Shown: positions 48,702-58,203 of the stretch, piece by piece | Position numbering within the stretch: position 1 is the stretch's first letter | Layout: each line of letters opens with the position of its first letter | Source: a virus | Taxonomy: Duplodnaviria > Caudoviricetes | DNA length: 64,000 nt | Strand: one strand, 5' to 3' | IMG/VR virus record: IMGVR_UViG_3300031994_000006 | Coordinates: 32,001-96,000 of that record | Position numbers and translations under genes: made by a program | The notes under the pieces: model-generated | The model's database searches: none | Seen by the model: the letters and a program-made list of their open reading frames with translations, nothing else | Told to the model about the DNA's origin: nothing

Positions 48702-48907
48702 ACATGAAAATGCGGCATTTATTGAAAAACGCCTATTTGTGGTTTTTGCGGAGCCTTGCCCTGATCTGACAGATCTTCATTACGTCTTCATGAGAGAGAC
48801 TGCTCTTGAGCTCGGCAAGGTCCTTTTTCGTGAATTCCATACTATTGGGCGTTGTTTCTCTGTATATATCACGGCTGAATAGATAAGCTAAGCTATATTA
48901 TAGGTAT

Positions 48908-51900
48908 ATGGGAAAAATCGATTTCGATAAGATGAACGAGGCCTTCAAGGCCGGCAATAGGGCGAGGAAGAAGGAGGCCGTACAGGATACGGTCGAATCG
49001 GTCGACAGCATGCAGGCACAGATTAAACTGTTCAAGAAGCAGACCGGTGTAGAACTCGAGATCAGAGACGGACGTCCATATTCTGATAGAGACCTGGATC
49101 TGGAAGGCTGTACCGGACTGACAGGCCTGCCGGTTGGACTGGAGGTTAACGGGTATCTGTACTTGGACGGCTGCACCGGGCTGACAGGCCTGCCTAAAGG
49201 CCTGGAGGTTAACCGGTATCTGTCACTTGAAGGCTGTACCGGACTGACAGGCCTGCCCGACGGGTTAAAAGTCAGAGGAAGCCTGTGGCTGAAAGACTGC
49301 ACCGGACTGACAGGCCTGCCTGACGGGTTGAAAGTCAGAGGAGATCTGGTTCTGACAGGCTGTACCGGACTGACAGTCCTGCCTGCAGGCCTGGAAGTTG
49401 AAAGACTGCTGAATCTGGAAGGCTGCACCGGACTGACAGGCCTGCCGACTGACCTGGTTGTCCGGGGTGATTATATTGTGCACAAGGGCGTGCTGACATC
49501 GTTCTTCAGGAAACTTGGGATACCGGTTGACGACGACGGAAATACAGATGCGGAAGACTGGCGTAGGTGGCAAAAAGCGCACGGATATCTTACAGAGGCG
49601 TTCAGGGCCGGCAACAGGGCCAGGAAGAAGGAATCCTTGCAGAATGATACGGATGCCGTATCCAGATGGCGCATACCGAAGAAGCTCGAGACCATCGACG
49701 ACTGGGAGGCCGCGTTTCTGCTGAACGCCGAGTCGGTCGGTATTACGGCCACATTAAGACAGTCGGATTCCCCGAGCAGTACGACGCGTATCTATAACCT
49801 GTATGTCCGATCAACGGAAAACAATTCCGTCACTTTCTCTGTCGGCATCACGAAGACTGATTTCTATTCGGACAATTCCCCGTTCGGCATAATAATGCGT
49901 GTAATCCTCAAGTTGGGCGCGGCCATCGGTAATGTATCGATGCACCTGGTACCTGTCACGGATGCTGCGAGGAATACGTCAGGGAGGAAAATATTCACGG
50001 ATCTGTCCGCTGCCATGGATTCCGTATGGGAGATAATCAACTATCTCAGGAACAGCAGACATTTAGGACAGGTTCTGAAGAATCCGCTCATACTCGAGCT
50101 TGACTCATCCGACGTCACGATGATCATCGTTGATGAATACCTCAGGTCCGAGCCGGGATGTCCGCTTATCTGGAACCAGAGGGATGAATATCAGGATTTC
50201 CTGACAGACTATGATTCAGAGCTAAGGCGTGCGACCGCCGTCGGACCGTGGATCAACTGGCACGGAGACACCGAGGTGCTGGCCGAGGCCTTCAGGGCAG
50301 GCAACAGGGCCAGGAAGAAGGAGTCGATATCCAGGACGTCGAATATCGTCAGCACCAGGGTACCGTCAATCACAGAGCTCGGCGACATGCTCCTTGATCT
50401 CGGATTCCTGGTCAGGAGCGGTAAGAGGGACTATGCCGAGGAGCGTCAGGAGAAGGCCCCTGAGGAAATCGACAGCATCCTGTTCAGCAAATGGTATACG
50501 CCGTCGGGCAAGGTGCCTGAAAGCGGTCCTATCAAGGAGTCCATGATACTGATGCGCGGCGGATACGGCTTATTGAATAACAAGGAGTCCGGACGGAAAA
50601 TCCCCTATATCAGCGCGGAGATTCATGTCGATATAATGCTGGACGAGGAGACCGTCGGCAAATACAGGCTGAGCTCGCTGTCAAGCAACTGGAGCTCCGT
50701 ACTCAACCTGACGGCATTCAACAAGGTCGACGAGGAGTTCATGCCAAGATTCGCCGTTCTCATGAAACTGTGGAGCGACAGCGACAGGATACTCAAGGGC
50801 CTGTATGACATGACAAAGGACAACCTTCTCCTCTTGAGGGTCGATCAGTACATACAGAAGGCGTATATCCACAGGCTGCTGTGCAGGCTCATGCCGGAAT
50901 TCGAGTCATGGCTATACTCGGAAGGTTTCGGTATCGGCAAGGAGATAGATCCTGACTCATGGCAGTGGCAGGCATCGGGCTGGATCAAGATGCCGGAGAT
51001 ACCGGAGGCGCCGCAGACGCCTGTCAACGAGGCTTTCAGGGCCGGTAACCGCGCACGTAAGAAAGAGACCGTCCGGGACGCTGTACCGGATAATGTGGAT
51101 CCTCCTATCAGGTTCGAGGATCCCAATGTCGAGAAGATATGTCACGGGCACGGCGTCTATACCATTGGCGACGCGGCCGGGATCGAGACGATACAGGGAT
51201 GGTTCGAGATTGACAGCGGCGCGGGTATCGATAATCCGGAAATCGTGAAGTTCAATGAGCTCAGGTACTTTACCGGACTTACGACCATTCCCGCCAATGC
51301 GTTCCTCGAGCAGGAGAAGCTTGAGGAGATTATGATACCCGATAGCGTCACGGTAATCGGTCAGTGCGCGTTTGACTCGTGCAGGAATCTGTCGAAGCTC
51401 GTCCTGCCCGACAGGAACAGCCTGGAGCTCGGTAATGACTGTCTGCAGTCGTGCGACGGACTGGACGAGGTCGTCGTGCCGTCCGGATGGTCCAGATGGG
51501 ATTGCATCCAGAATATGAAGGAGGCGTATGACAATGAACTTATCTGGTACCAGGAGAAAATCGATGACAACCGCATACCGGAGGAGTCAGCCTTCGAGCT
51601 GCTCGATGCGAGACTTGATACGTATTTCACCAACCGTCAGGATACGCTTGACTGCAGATTCTCCGACCTGCTTGACTGGTGGACCGAGGATGACTGTTAT
51701 GATGACGGCCAGGACAATGACGGCGAGGAAATGTCTGAGGCGTTCAGGTCCGGCAACCGCGCCCGCAAGAAGGAGTCCGTCCAGGATACCGTCCAGTCGG
51801 ACGACGCACTTGACGACCGCAACAGGTGCGCCGAGATGATGAAGACCATGCTGACGTCGCCGGCATGCCCGGCCGTAAGGATCATAGGCGATCGGCCCGC

Positions 51901-54900
51901 GGTCGTCGAGAACGCGCCGGCGATAGACCCGGCCGACATCAAGATAAGCGAGCACCTCGGCAATAACCAGGACTATACGCTCGTCGTCCTGAAATGGGAG
52001 GGTGTCGACCAGACCGATCCCGCGCAGAACTTGACATACGTCACGGAGATTTCGTTTTCGGAGGCGACCGACGGATCGGGCCTGCTCATATCGGGCGGAT
52101 GTTTTAATGACGATGATTCGGCAGACTTCTCGCCGCTTCCCGACATGTGTATCAGGGCCGATGCGGAGAATGACGGCCGGCCGAAGCTGTGGGAGCTGTG
52201 CTATGTCGAGGACTGGGAAACCGTGGATCCGGACGGCATGACGTATTCGAAGGTGTCCGTGAACGCGATGGCGGCGGTCGCCGCCGCCGTCAGGCAGATT
52301 AAGGAGCAGGACCGCAGGAAGGATCCGTCGTCGGCCGGCAAGTACCCGGTCGGCGAGGCGTTCAAGGCCGGCAACAGGGCGCGTAAGAAGGAGGCCGTCT
52401 CCGATACGGTACAGGATACCGATACGTTCATAGGCGACGGTATGCCGGCTGACAAGATTATCCCGAATCTATTCCTGAGCGCCGTCAGTACGACACAGGC
52501 GCTGCTCAGGATGCTGGGCAACGTCAATCCGCCGTTCAAGCCTGAGTTCCCAAGCTATATGAAGTGGTTCATTGATATCATAATCTCCATGTATATCAAG
52601 ACCTCGATTTCCTGGCAGCGCAGGATTTCGATCGCGAACGTCAAGGGCAGCCCTGACAGGAACAAGGGACAGGAATTCGATATCATCCTTGAGATGGGAA
52701 TCAGGAAATACCATTTTCTCATAACCCCGGGCAACAAGGAGAACCAGTATGCGGTATGGTTTAAGATGACCGTGCATCTGTTCGACATAGACTTCAATCC
52801 TGATTATCCGGAGCAGTCCGCCGTCCATATAGCGCCGGCCATGAAGTATTTCATTGCCGGATTCCTTGAGGCATACAGGACGTTCTTTGAGGAAAAAGGT
52901 GTGCTCGAGGCGTTCAGGGCAGGCAACCGGGCCAGGAAGAAGGAATCCGTACAGGATACTGTCAATGCTGTCGATGTACCGGTCAGATTCGAGGATCCGG
53001 TCGTCCGCATGTACATGGAGGAGCATGGGATAACGACTTTGTCCAAGGTCGCGACCGCGATATTGCCGATATGGGATGCCGATGAACAGGAAGACTGGTT
53101 CAGGCCTGAGAGGTTCAATGAGTTCAAGCTGTTCACGTCGATAACTCATATCAAGGAATATATGTTCAACGGACAGGAGAATCTTGAGGAAATAGAGCTC
53201 CCGCCTACAGTACAGGCCATCGGATATGGGGCATTCAGATCATGCCTGAGTCTCGAGAACCTTGACATTCCCAATTCATGCAGGGAACTCGGGGAAGACT
53301 GCCTTGCCGGATGCGACAGCCTTGAATATGTTGGTTTCCCGGATTCATGGACCTATGAATACGCGTTCGAGCAGTTCGCCAGGGCATTCAAAGATGATAT
53401 TGAAACCCTGCCCGACATACTTACCTGGAATGATGTCAACTCATGGGATGAGATGCCGTTCCCTGATGCGACGATTACGAACAATTACTATACATTCCAT
53501 CTGTCGGATCTGTTTAAGAAGTTCAGCGACCAGGATACCCTTGAGATGCATGGACTGCTTAATGAGGCCTTCAGGGCCGGCAACAGGGCCCGCAAGAAGG
53601 AGTCCGCCGCCGATACCGCAGAGGGTCCGTTAAAGCAGATTCCGTTTACTGAGAAGGAAATCAGGGACGCCTTCAGGGCGATAATCGACAGTGAGGACAA
53701 TCCCATCAGGAAGAACGCGCAGCCCGGCTATGAGGACAAGATAAAGCCGGCCGCCGTGCTGGCACAGGCCGTCAGTTATTCATGTGAGGCCTTCAGGAAA
53801 CTGTTCAGCCGCGTTATGGCAGGGCCGTGGGGCAAGCTCAAGATTACATGGGAGGAATGGCGGGACGGACGCCGCTGGGGCGGATGGACGGAACTCGGTA
53901 TAGTCAAGGTCATCATCAGCCGGGACGACTTCAAGGACGGCACGCCCGTCAAGGTGTGGAAGTTTTCGCTCAGGATTACCAACGACTTCGAGAACGACTG
54001 GCAGGACAGGTTCGGCGTATTCGCCGGATTCGACGCCGCTGAGAATCTGAACGTCGAAATATACAAGCCTGTTATAGACATATACATCAGGCACAACCCG
54101 TATAAGATATATGTTCGTCAGGCATTCGTCGACGGGCTTAACAGATTCTTCTCATATGAGATCTGGGAGGCTTTCAAAGCCGGTAACAAGGCCAGGAAGA
54201 AGGAGTCCGTCATCGATACGGTCGAGTCGGTCAATGATATACAGACACAGATTGAATTGTTCAGGAAACAGACTTTCGGCATAGAGCTTGAGATCAGGGA
54301 CGGACATCCGTACTTTAACGGAGACCTGGATCTGCGAGGCTGCACCGGACTGACAAGCCTGCCTACAGGCCTGGAGGTTGAAGGAGACCTGGATCTGGCA
54401 GGCTGCACCGGACTGACAGGACTGCCTGCAGGCCTGAAGGTTGAAGGAGACTTGTCTCTGGAAGGTTGTACCGGACTGACTGGCCTGCCGTTTGACTTGG
54501 TTGTCCGGGGTGCTTATATTTTTCATGATGGTATGCTGATACCGTTCTTCAGGAAACTTGGGATACCGGTTGACAAAGAAGGAGACACAGATACAGAAGA
54601 CTGGTGTACGTGGCAAGAAGCTCATGGATATCTTAAAGAGGCCTTTAGGGCCGGCAACCGTGCAAGGAAGAAGGAGTCCGCCGTCGATACGGTCGATTCC
54701 GTCAATGTGAAGATTACGAAAGAGGAGGTTGTCGGATGGTTCAGGGATGCGATAGATTCTGACCGGAATACCATACCGAAGAATGATCCGCATGCCTGGC
54801 CTGCAATGTGCCTTGTCACTGACGCCTTGTTTACAAGGCTTGCCATTGATAAGCTTGTTGATAAAATTAAGGAAAGTGACAGCGGTGTTGTTATAGAGCG

Positions 54901-55219
54901 TGTATCATACGGACAGTTCCGTAATCCTAAAGGGCCTAATCAGTTCGGCAGTAAGACCTTGGGTTTTGTCGATGTAACGGCAGGCTTTAAGGATCGCAGT
55001 TTTTCATGGAGCTGGGAATTTGTAATTACTATTGAAGATTATAAAGGCAAGGAAGATTATTGCTATAAGCTTTATGTCAATTCTCGTGTAAATTCTGAAA
55101 GCCTTTTACCGGGTCCTAAAAATGAACCGTTGGTGACCGTCTATGCAAGACGTACTCCGTATAAGATAGAAGTCAATGAGAAATTCATCGACGGTATTAA
55201 CAGTATATTGAAACAATGA
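48908..55219 (+). CDS. Tag-delimited polyprotein F (2103 aa, 10 modules: 2 LRR, 2 BspA-like LRR, others unknown)
   Basis: Tags start at 48938, 49595, 50285, 51029, 51737, 52355, 52907, 53564, 54167 and 54638; leader MGKIDFDKMNE. Confidence 0.93.
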   Translation: MGKIDFDKMNEAFKAGNRARKKEAVQDTVESVDSMQAQIKLFKKQTGVELEIRDGRPYSDRDLDLEGCTGLTGLPVGLEVNGYLYLDGCTGLTGLPKGLEVNRYLSLEGCTGLTGLPDGLKVRGSLWLKDCTGLTGLPDGLKVRGDLVLTGCTGLTVLPAGLEVERLLNLEGCTGLTGLPTDLVVRGDYIVHKGVLTSFFRKLGIPVDDDGNTDAEDWRRWQKAHGYLTEAFRAGNRARKKESLQNDTDAVSRWRIPKKLETIDDWEAAFLLNAESVGITATLRQSDSPSSTTRIYNLYVRSTENNSVTFSVGITKTDFYSDNSPFGIIMRVILKLGAAIGNVSMHLVPVTDAARNTSGRKIFTDLSAAMDSVWEIINYLRNSRHLGQVLKNPLILELDSSDVTMIIVDEYLRSEPGCPLIWNQRDEYQDFLTDYDSELRRATAVGPWINWHGDTEVLAEAFRAGNRARKKESISRTSNIVSTRVPSITELGDMLLDLGFLVRSGKRDYAEERQEKAPEEIDSILFSKWYTPSGKVPESGPIKESMILMRGGYGLLNNKESGRKIPYISAEIHVDIMLDEETVGKYRLSSLSSNWSSVLNLTAFNKVDEEFMPRFAVLMKLWSDSDRILKGLYDMTKDNLLLLRVDQYIQKAYIHRLLCRLMPEFESWLYSEGFGIGKEIDPDSWQWQASGWIKMPEIPEAPQTPVNEAFRAGNRARKKETVRDAVPDNVDPPIRFEDPNVEKICHGHGVYTIGDAAGIETIQGWFEIDSGAGIDNPEIVKFNELRYFTGLTTIPANAFLEQEKLEEIMIPDSVTVIGQCAFDSCRNLSKLVLPDRNSLELGNDCLQSCDGLDEVVVPSGWSRWDCIQNMKEAYDNELIWYQEKIDDNRIPEESAFELLDARLDTYFTNRQDTLDCRFSDLLDWWTEDDCYDDGQDNDGEEMSEAFRSGNRARKKESVQDTVQSDDALDDRNRCAEMMKTMLTSPACPAVRIIGDRPAVVENAPAIDPADIKISEHLGNNQDYTLVVLKWEGVDQTDPAQNLTYVTEISFSEATDGSGLLISGGCFNDDDSADFSPLPDMCIRADAENDGRPKLWELCYVEDWETVDPDGMTYSKVSVNAMAAVAAAVRQIKEQDRRKDPSSAGKYPVGEAFKAGNRARKKEAVSDTVQDTDTFIGDGMPADKIIPNLFLSAVSTTQALLRMLGNVNPPFKPEFPSYMKWFIDIIISMYIKTSISWQRRISIANVKGSPDRNKGQEFDIILEMGIRKYHFLITPGNKENQYAVWFKMTVHLFDIDFNPDYPEQSAVHIAPAMKYFIAGFLEAYRTFFEEKGVLEAFRAGNRARKKESVQDTVNAVDVPVRFEDPVVRMYMEEHGITTLSKVATAILPIWDADEQEDWFRPERFNEFKLFTSITHIKEYMFNGQENLEEIELPPTVQAIGYGAFRSCLSLENLDIPNSCRELGEDCLAGCDSLEYVGFPDSWTYEYAFEQFARAFKDDIETLPDILTWNDVNSWDEMPFPDATITNNYYTFHLSDLFKKFSDQDTLEMHGLLNEAFRAGNRARKKESAADTAEGPLKQIPFTEKEIRDAFRAIIDSEDNPIRKNAQPGYEDKIKPAAVLAQAVSYSCEAFRKLFSRVMAGPWGKLKITWEEWRDGRRWGGWTELGIVKVIISRDDFKDGTPVKVWKFSLRITNDFENDWQDRFGVFAGFDAAENLNVEIYKPVIDIYIRHNPYKIYVRQAFVDGLNRFFSYEIWEAFKAGNKARKKESVIDTVESVNDIQTQIELFRKQTFGIELEIRDGHPYFNGDLDLRGCTGLTSLPTGLEVEGDLDLAGCTGLTGLPAGLKVEGDLSLEGCTGLTGLPFDLVVRGAYIFHDGMLIPFFRKLGIPVDKEGDTDTEDWCTWQEAHGYLKEAFRAGNRARKKESAVDTVDSVNVKITKEEVVGWFRDAIDSDRNTIPKNDPHAWPAMCLVTDALFTRLAIDKLVDKIKESDSGVVIERVSYGQFRNPKGPNQFGSKTLGFVDVTAGFKDRSFSWSWEFVITIEDYKGKEDYCYKLYVNSRVNSESLLPGPKNEPLVTVYARRTPYKIEVNEKFIDGINSILKQ
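49091..49470 (+). repeat. Six 63-bp/21-aa LRR tandem repeats
   Basis: tgyaccggactgacaggcctgcc core with a 63-nt period (49109, 49172, ...); GCTGLTGLP. Confidence 0.92.
54320..54512 (+). repeat. Three 63-bp LRR repeats, paralogous to 49091-49470
   Basis: DLDLRGCTGLTSLP / DLDLAGCTGLTGLP / DLSLEGCTGLTGLP. Confidence 0.9.
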
Positions 55220-55443
55220 AGATAATCAGGGCATATATAAGGTTCATCGAGACGCTGCTGACCGACAGGAGGACCGAGCAGGAGATCCGCCGGTATGATA
55301 TCTGCAGGGCCTGCCCGCACCGGAAGTGGGTGTTCTGCGGCCTGTGCGGGTGTGTCATACACGCCAAGACTATGGCCGACTATCCCCTGGGATCCGACGG
55401 CCTGAGCATAGGCGGGTGTCCGGACGAGCCCCCGAGATGGTGA
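55216..55443 (+). CDS. Small Cys-rich protein
   Basis: RYDICRACPH...CGLCGC...AKT...CP...W. Confidence 0.7.
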   Translation: MKIIRAYIRFIETLLTDRRTEQEIRRYDICRACPHRKWVFCGLCGCVIHAKTMADYPLGSDGLSIGGCPDEPPRW

Positions 55444-55446
55444 CCG

Positions 55447-55454
55447 GATAAATA
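55447..55454 (+). promoter_or_regulatory. Late-promoter-like GATAAATA
   Basis: 26 nt upstream of ATG 55481; flanked by ccgg on both sides. Confidence 0.6.
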
Positions 55455-55480
55455 ACCGGAAAATTCAGATACTGTATTAT

Positions 55481-56215
55481 ATGAAGATAAGTCTCAAGAA
55501 GGAACATTGGATGTTCATCCTGGTGGTGGTGCTCGGACTCAGCCTGTTCGGCAACGTCAGGCAGTGCATCCGCCTGCATGAGAAGCCCGTCGTGATTGAC
55601 GACTCGCTCCGTTACTGGAAGGACAAGGCCGGCAGGGAATACGCAGAGAAGGCCGCGGCTATCATGACCGTCAGTCAGCTCAGGCATGAGAACGACTCCC
55701 TGTATGCGGAATACAAGGCGCTCAAGGATCGCGGTCCTATCATCATTACCAAGACCGAGACGCTCATCGAGCTCCGCGACACGGCCATCAATACGGTGGT
55801 CGAGAAGTTCCCCGGCGGCTATGACCTGAAATGGGGCATGCGCCAGGACTTCAGCGGCAACAACTGGGTGGCGCTCGGCGGCACGACCAGGGCCGACTCG
55901 CTCATGAAGGACGTCACGACCAGGCTCGACTCGCTCCAGATAGGCGCCGACATGGTGCTCAGCGTGACCGACGGCAACAAGGACTGCGTCCGTATCGACG
56001 TCAGGTCCAACAACCCGCTGCTCAAGGTCACCGACATAGAGGGCGTGATGCTCGATCCGAATAAGTCCAAGTCAATCACCTCGAGGATCAAGAAGAAGAA
56101 GTTCGGTATCGGACTGCATGTCGGACCGGGACTCCAGGTCAATCCGAAAGGCGAGGTCAACCTCGGCATAGAGGCCGGCGTCGGACTTGATTTCAACCTG
56201 ATTTCCCTGTTCTAA
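55481..56215 (+). CDS. Membrane-anchored protein, possible spanin-like lysis component
   Basis: N-terminal TM helix, coiled coil, then KKKKFGIGLHVGPG...GVGLDFNLISLF (C-terminal amphipathic beta strands ending in Phe). Confidence 0.55.
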   Translation: MKISLKKEHWMFILVVVLGLSLFGNVRQCIRLHEKPVVIDDSLRYWKDKAGREYAEKAAAIMTVSQLRHENDSLYAEYKALKDRGPIIITKTETLIELRDTAINTVVEKFPGGYDLKWGMRQDFSGNNWVALGGTTRADSLMKDVTTRLDSLQIGADMVLSVTDGNKDCVRIDVRSNNPLLKVTDIEGVMLDPNKSKSITSRIKKKKFGIGLHVGPGLQVNPKGEVNLGIEAGVGLDFNLISLF

Positions 56216-56216
56216 G

Positions 56217-58115
56217 ATGGCAAAGATTTCGAAGTTCTTCCAGATCTCGGAGAAGATCCTCCTCGAGTATTCATATGACACGTACAATCCGTCAAGCAGG
56301 CTCAGCCAGGCGTTCGCCGGCGTGATAGAGCAGCTCGACGGAAGGAAGGCCGTATTCGAGACGCCTTCACGCGACGACATGCAGGAGCGGTACAAGTCGT
56401 CATTCCTGTTCTCGTCGTATCCGAACGAGACCGGCGATTCCGCCTTCTATACAGGCTACACGCAGGTGTCCAAGCTGTCGTCCGTCGACTCGGCATGTCA
56501 GGACAGGCTCGTGTCGGAGCGCAGGATCTCGAGGATCGTGCTGGCGCCGTCGCCCGTCCAGGTATACTATGACACCGTAAGGGTCCACATACTGACCGGA
56601 TACAATTTCGCCGACGTCGCCGGATTCCTGATGACGTTCGCCGCCCATGCCGTACAGGGACCGGACGTCGTACTGAGGAACTTCACGTTCAACAAGGGCG
56701 CCGGACTGGTGTCCGCGGGTACCGGATGCGTCACGTTCAATCCCCGTCCGGTCTATCTGTCAGGCAAGTTCTACGACCGCTACATAGAGTTCACGGTGCC
56801 GAGCGCGTACTGGCTCGCGTCGGCCGCCAATCCGGGCATGGGTACGATACAGGGCGTACTCAACGTCAAGCACGGCTCGGGCGTGACCGTCTCGTTCACC
56901 GAGATAGGCGACGATAACTGGAGGCTTGTCGAGAATCCTGTCCCTTATACCCCGGGAGCCACGCTCATCGGACAGGCGGATCTCATGCTCACCAACCGGG
57001 TCGACGCCGAGATACCGTACAACTCACAGTCCGACTGGTTCAACGTCCGCCTCGGTGTCGATGAGGACAAGAGGGCCGTTGAGTTCTATTCGGTCTGGGG
57101 CGACGTCATCGACGACCAGCCGATGACCATGACCGTCATGAACCAGATCGAGACCGGCGACATCCGCATACTCACTGACTCGTTCATGGACGACTCAGAC
57201 GTCGACTGGGAGGAGTTCACCGAGATATACGGTCCCGAGGCGCGCAAATGGGTCATCCGTAACGAGCTCACGCTGACGTACAGGTACAATTCGTACACGT
57301 TCGCCGGATCGGAGCTCTACGAGTACCGGAACATACACCAGAAGGAGCGTATCGACCGGTATACCATGCTGGAGGACTTCAACGACTCCACGCTTGCCGA
57401 CTCGGACGCCGACTCCACGTATAAGTTCTTCTACAGGCCGGTGGTGCCCGAGCTGCCCGGATACGACTGCGTCGCGATGGACATCGAGTATACCGCGAGG
57501 CTCCTGAACAGGCTCAACGGCGCCGAGGTCGTCCGAATGGCCACCATGACAGTCGAGCAGCCGCTCAGGGCATTCGAGGACAAATCGGCCGAGATCTCGG
57601 TCAGCAACATGAACCGGTGGGTGCTGTTCAACAAGAACGTCATCAACCAGATAGTGCCCGACTCGTCGGCGCTCGCCGCGCAGCGCGACTCCAGGATCAG
57701 GTACATATCCAATTTCTATACCAATAACGATATAGTGATACAGGCCGGTACGGATACGTTCACGACCATGGGCACCAATACGCTCGTACTGTACGACACC
57801 GATCACTACTACAAGTTCTCCGTATGGTCCGATATGACGCTCAGCCAGCCGTGGGCGCTCGATCAGGCTACAGCCGAATACCTGCTGACCTATACGGACA
57901 AGGACGATATAAGGAAATACATAGCGCCGACGTATTCCGTCAACATGTCGCTCGCCGCCGGGACCATAGAGTTCAAGCTGACGGAGTCGATGGTGAAGAG
58001 CATACTCGGCGGCAACGGCAGGTATGCGCTCGTGGCCAGGACGCCCGAGGGCACCACGACGGTTTTCGCCGGCCGGGCCGTGAGTATATACAGTACCGAG
58101 TCTGAGAATCCGTAA
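56217..58115 (+). CDS. Hypothetical protein, probably structural (632 aa)
   Basis: Long ORF in a late-type operon. Confidence 0.8.
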   Translation: MAKISKFFQISEKILLEYSYDTYNPSSRLSQAFAGVIEQLDGRKAVFETPSRDDMQERYKSSFLFSSYPNETGDSAFYTGYTQVSKLSSVDSACQDRLVSERRISRIVLAPSPVQVYYDTVRVHILTGYNFADVAGFLMTFAAHAVQGPDVVLRNFTFNKGAGLVSAGTGCVTFNPRPVYLSGKFYDRYIEFTVPSAYWLASAANPGMGTIQGVLNVKHGSGVTVSFTEIGDDNWRLVENPVPYTPGATLIGQADLMLTNRVDAEIPYNSQSDWFNVRLGVDEDKRAVEFYSVWGDVIDDQPMTMTVMNQIETGDIRILTDSFMDDSDVDWEEFTEIYGPEARKWVIRNELTLTYRYNSYTFAGSELYEYRNIHQKERIDRYTMLEDFNDSTLADSDADSTYKFFYRPVVPELPGYDCVAMDIEYTARLLNRLNGAEVVRMATMTVEQPLRAFEDKSAEISVSNMNRWVLFNKNVINQIVPDSSALAAQRDSRIRYISNFYTNNDIVIQAGTDTFTTMGTNTLVLYDTDHYYKFSVWSDMTLSQPWALDQATAEYLLTYTDKDDIRKYIAPTYSVNMSLAAGTIEFKLTESMVKSILGGNGRYALVARTPEGTTTVFAGRAVSIYSTESENP

Positions 58116-58155
58116 GGATTCCAAATCTCAGTGAATTGTTGTTTGTCATAAGTTT

Positions 58156-58192
58156 AGAAGGCGCATCCGTGAGGATCCGCCTTTTCTTTTTT
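58156..58192 (+). terminator. Intrinsic terminator
   Basis: aaggcg.atcc-gtga-ggat.cgcctt followed by a T tract. Confidence 0.6.
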
Positions 58193-58195
58193 ACC

Positions 58196-58203
58196 GATAA
58201 ATA
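58196..58203 (+). promoter_or_regulatory. Late-promoter-like GATAAATA
   Basis: 28 nt upstream of ATG 58232. Confidence 0.6.

Larger units (their letters stand above)
48938..54679 (+). repeat. Coding tag repeats x10
   Basis: Modules of 219, 230, 248, 236, 206, 184, 219, 201, 157 and 193 aa. Confidence 0.95.

Noticed and set aside
14418-54679. Tag repeats as a CRISPR array or integron attC sites
   Set aside because: Spacing is 470-860 bp and always in frame, copies vary at synonymous sites, they are not palindromic, and no cas or integrase gene is in the window.
48938-54679. Duplicated LRR modules as a DGR template/variable pair
   Set aside because: Differences between ~49455-49590 and ~54500-54640 are not adenine-specific, both copies are coding, and no reverse transcriptase is seen.
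48908-55219. Modules as inteins
   Set aside because: No N-terminal Cys/Ser block, no C-terminal HN-(C/S/T) and no LAGLIDADG motifs at the junctions.
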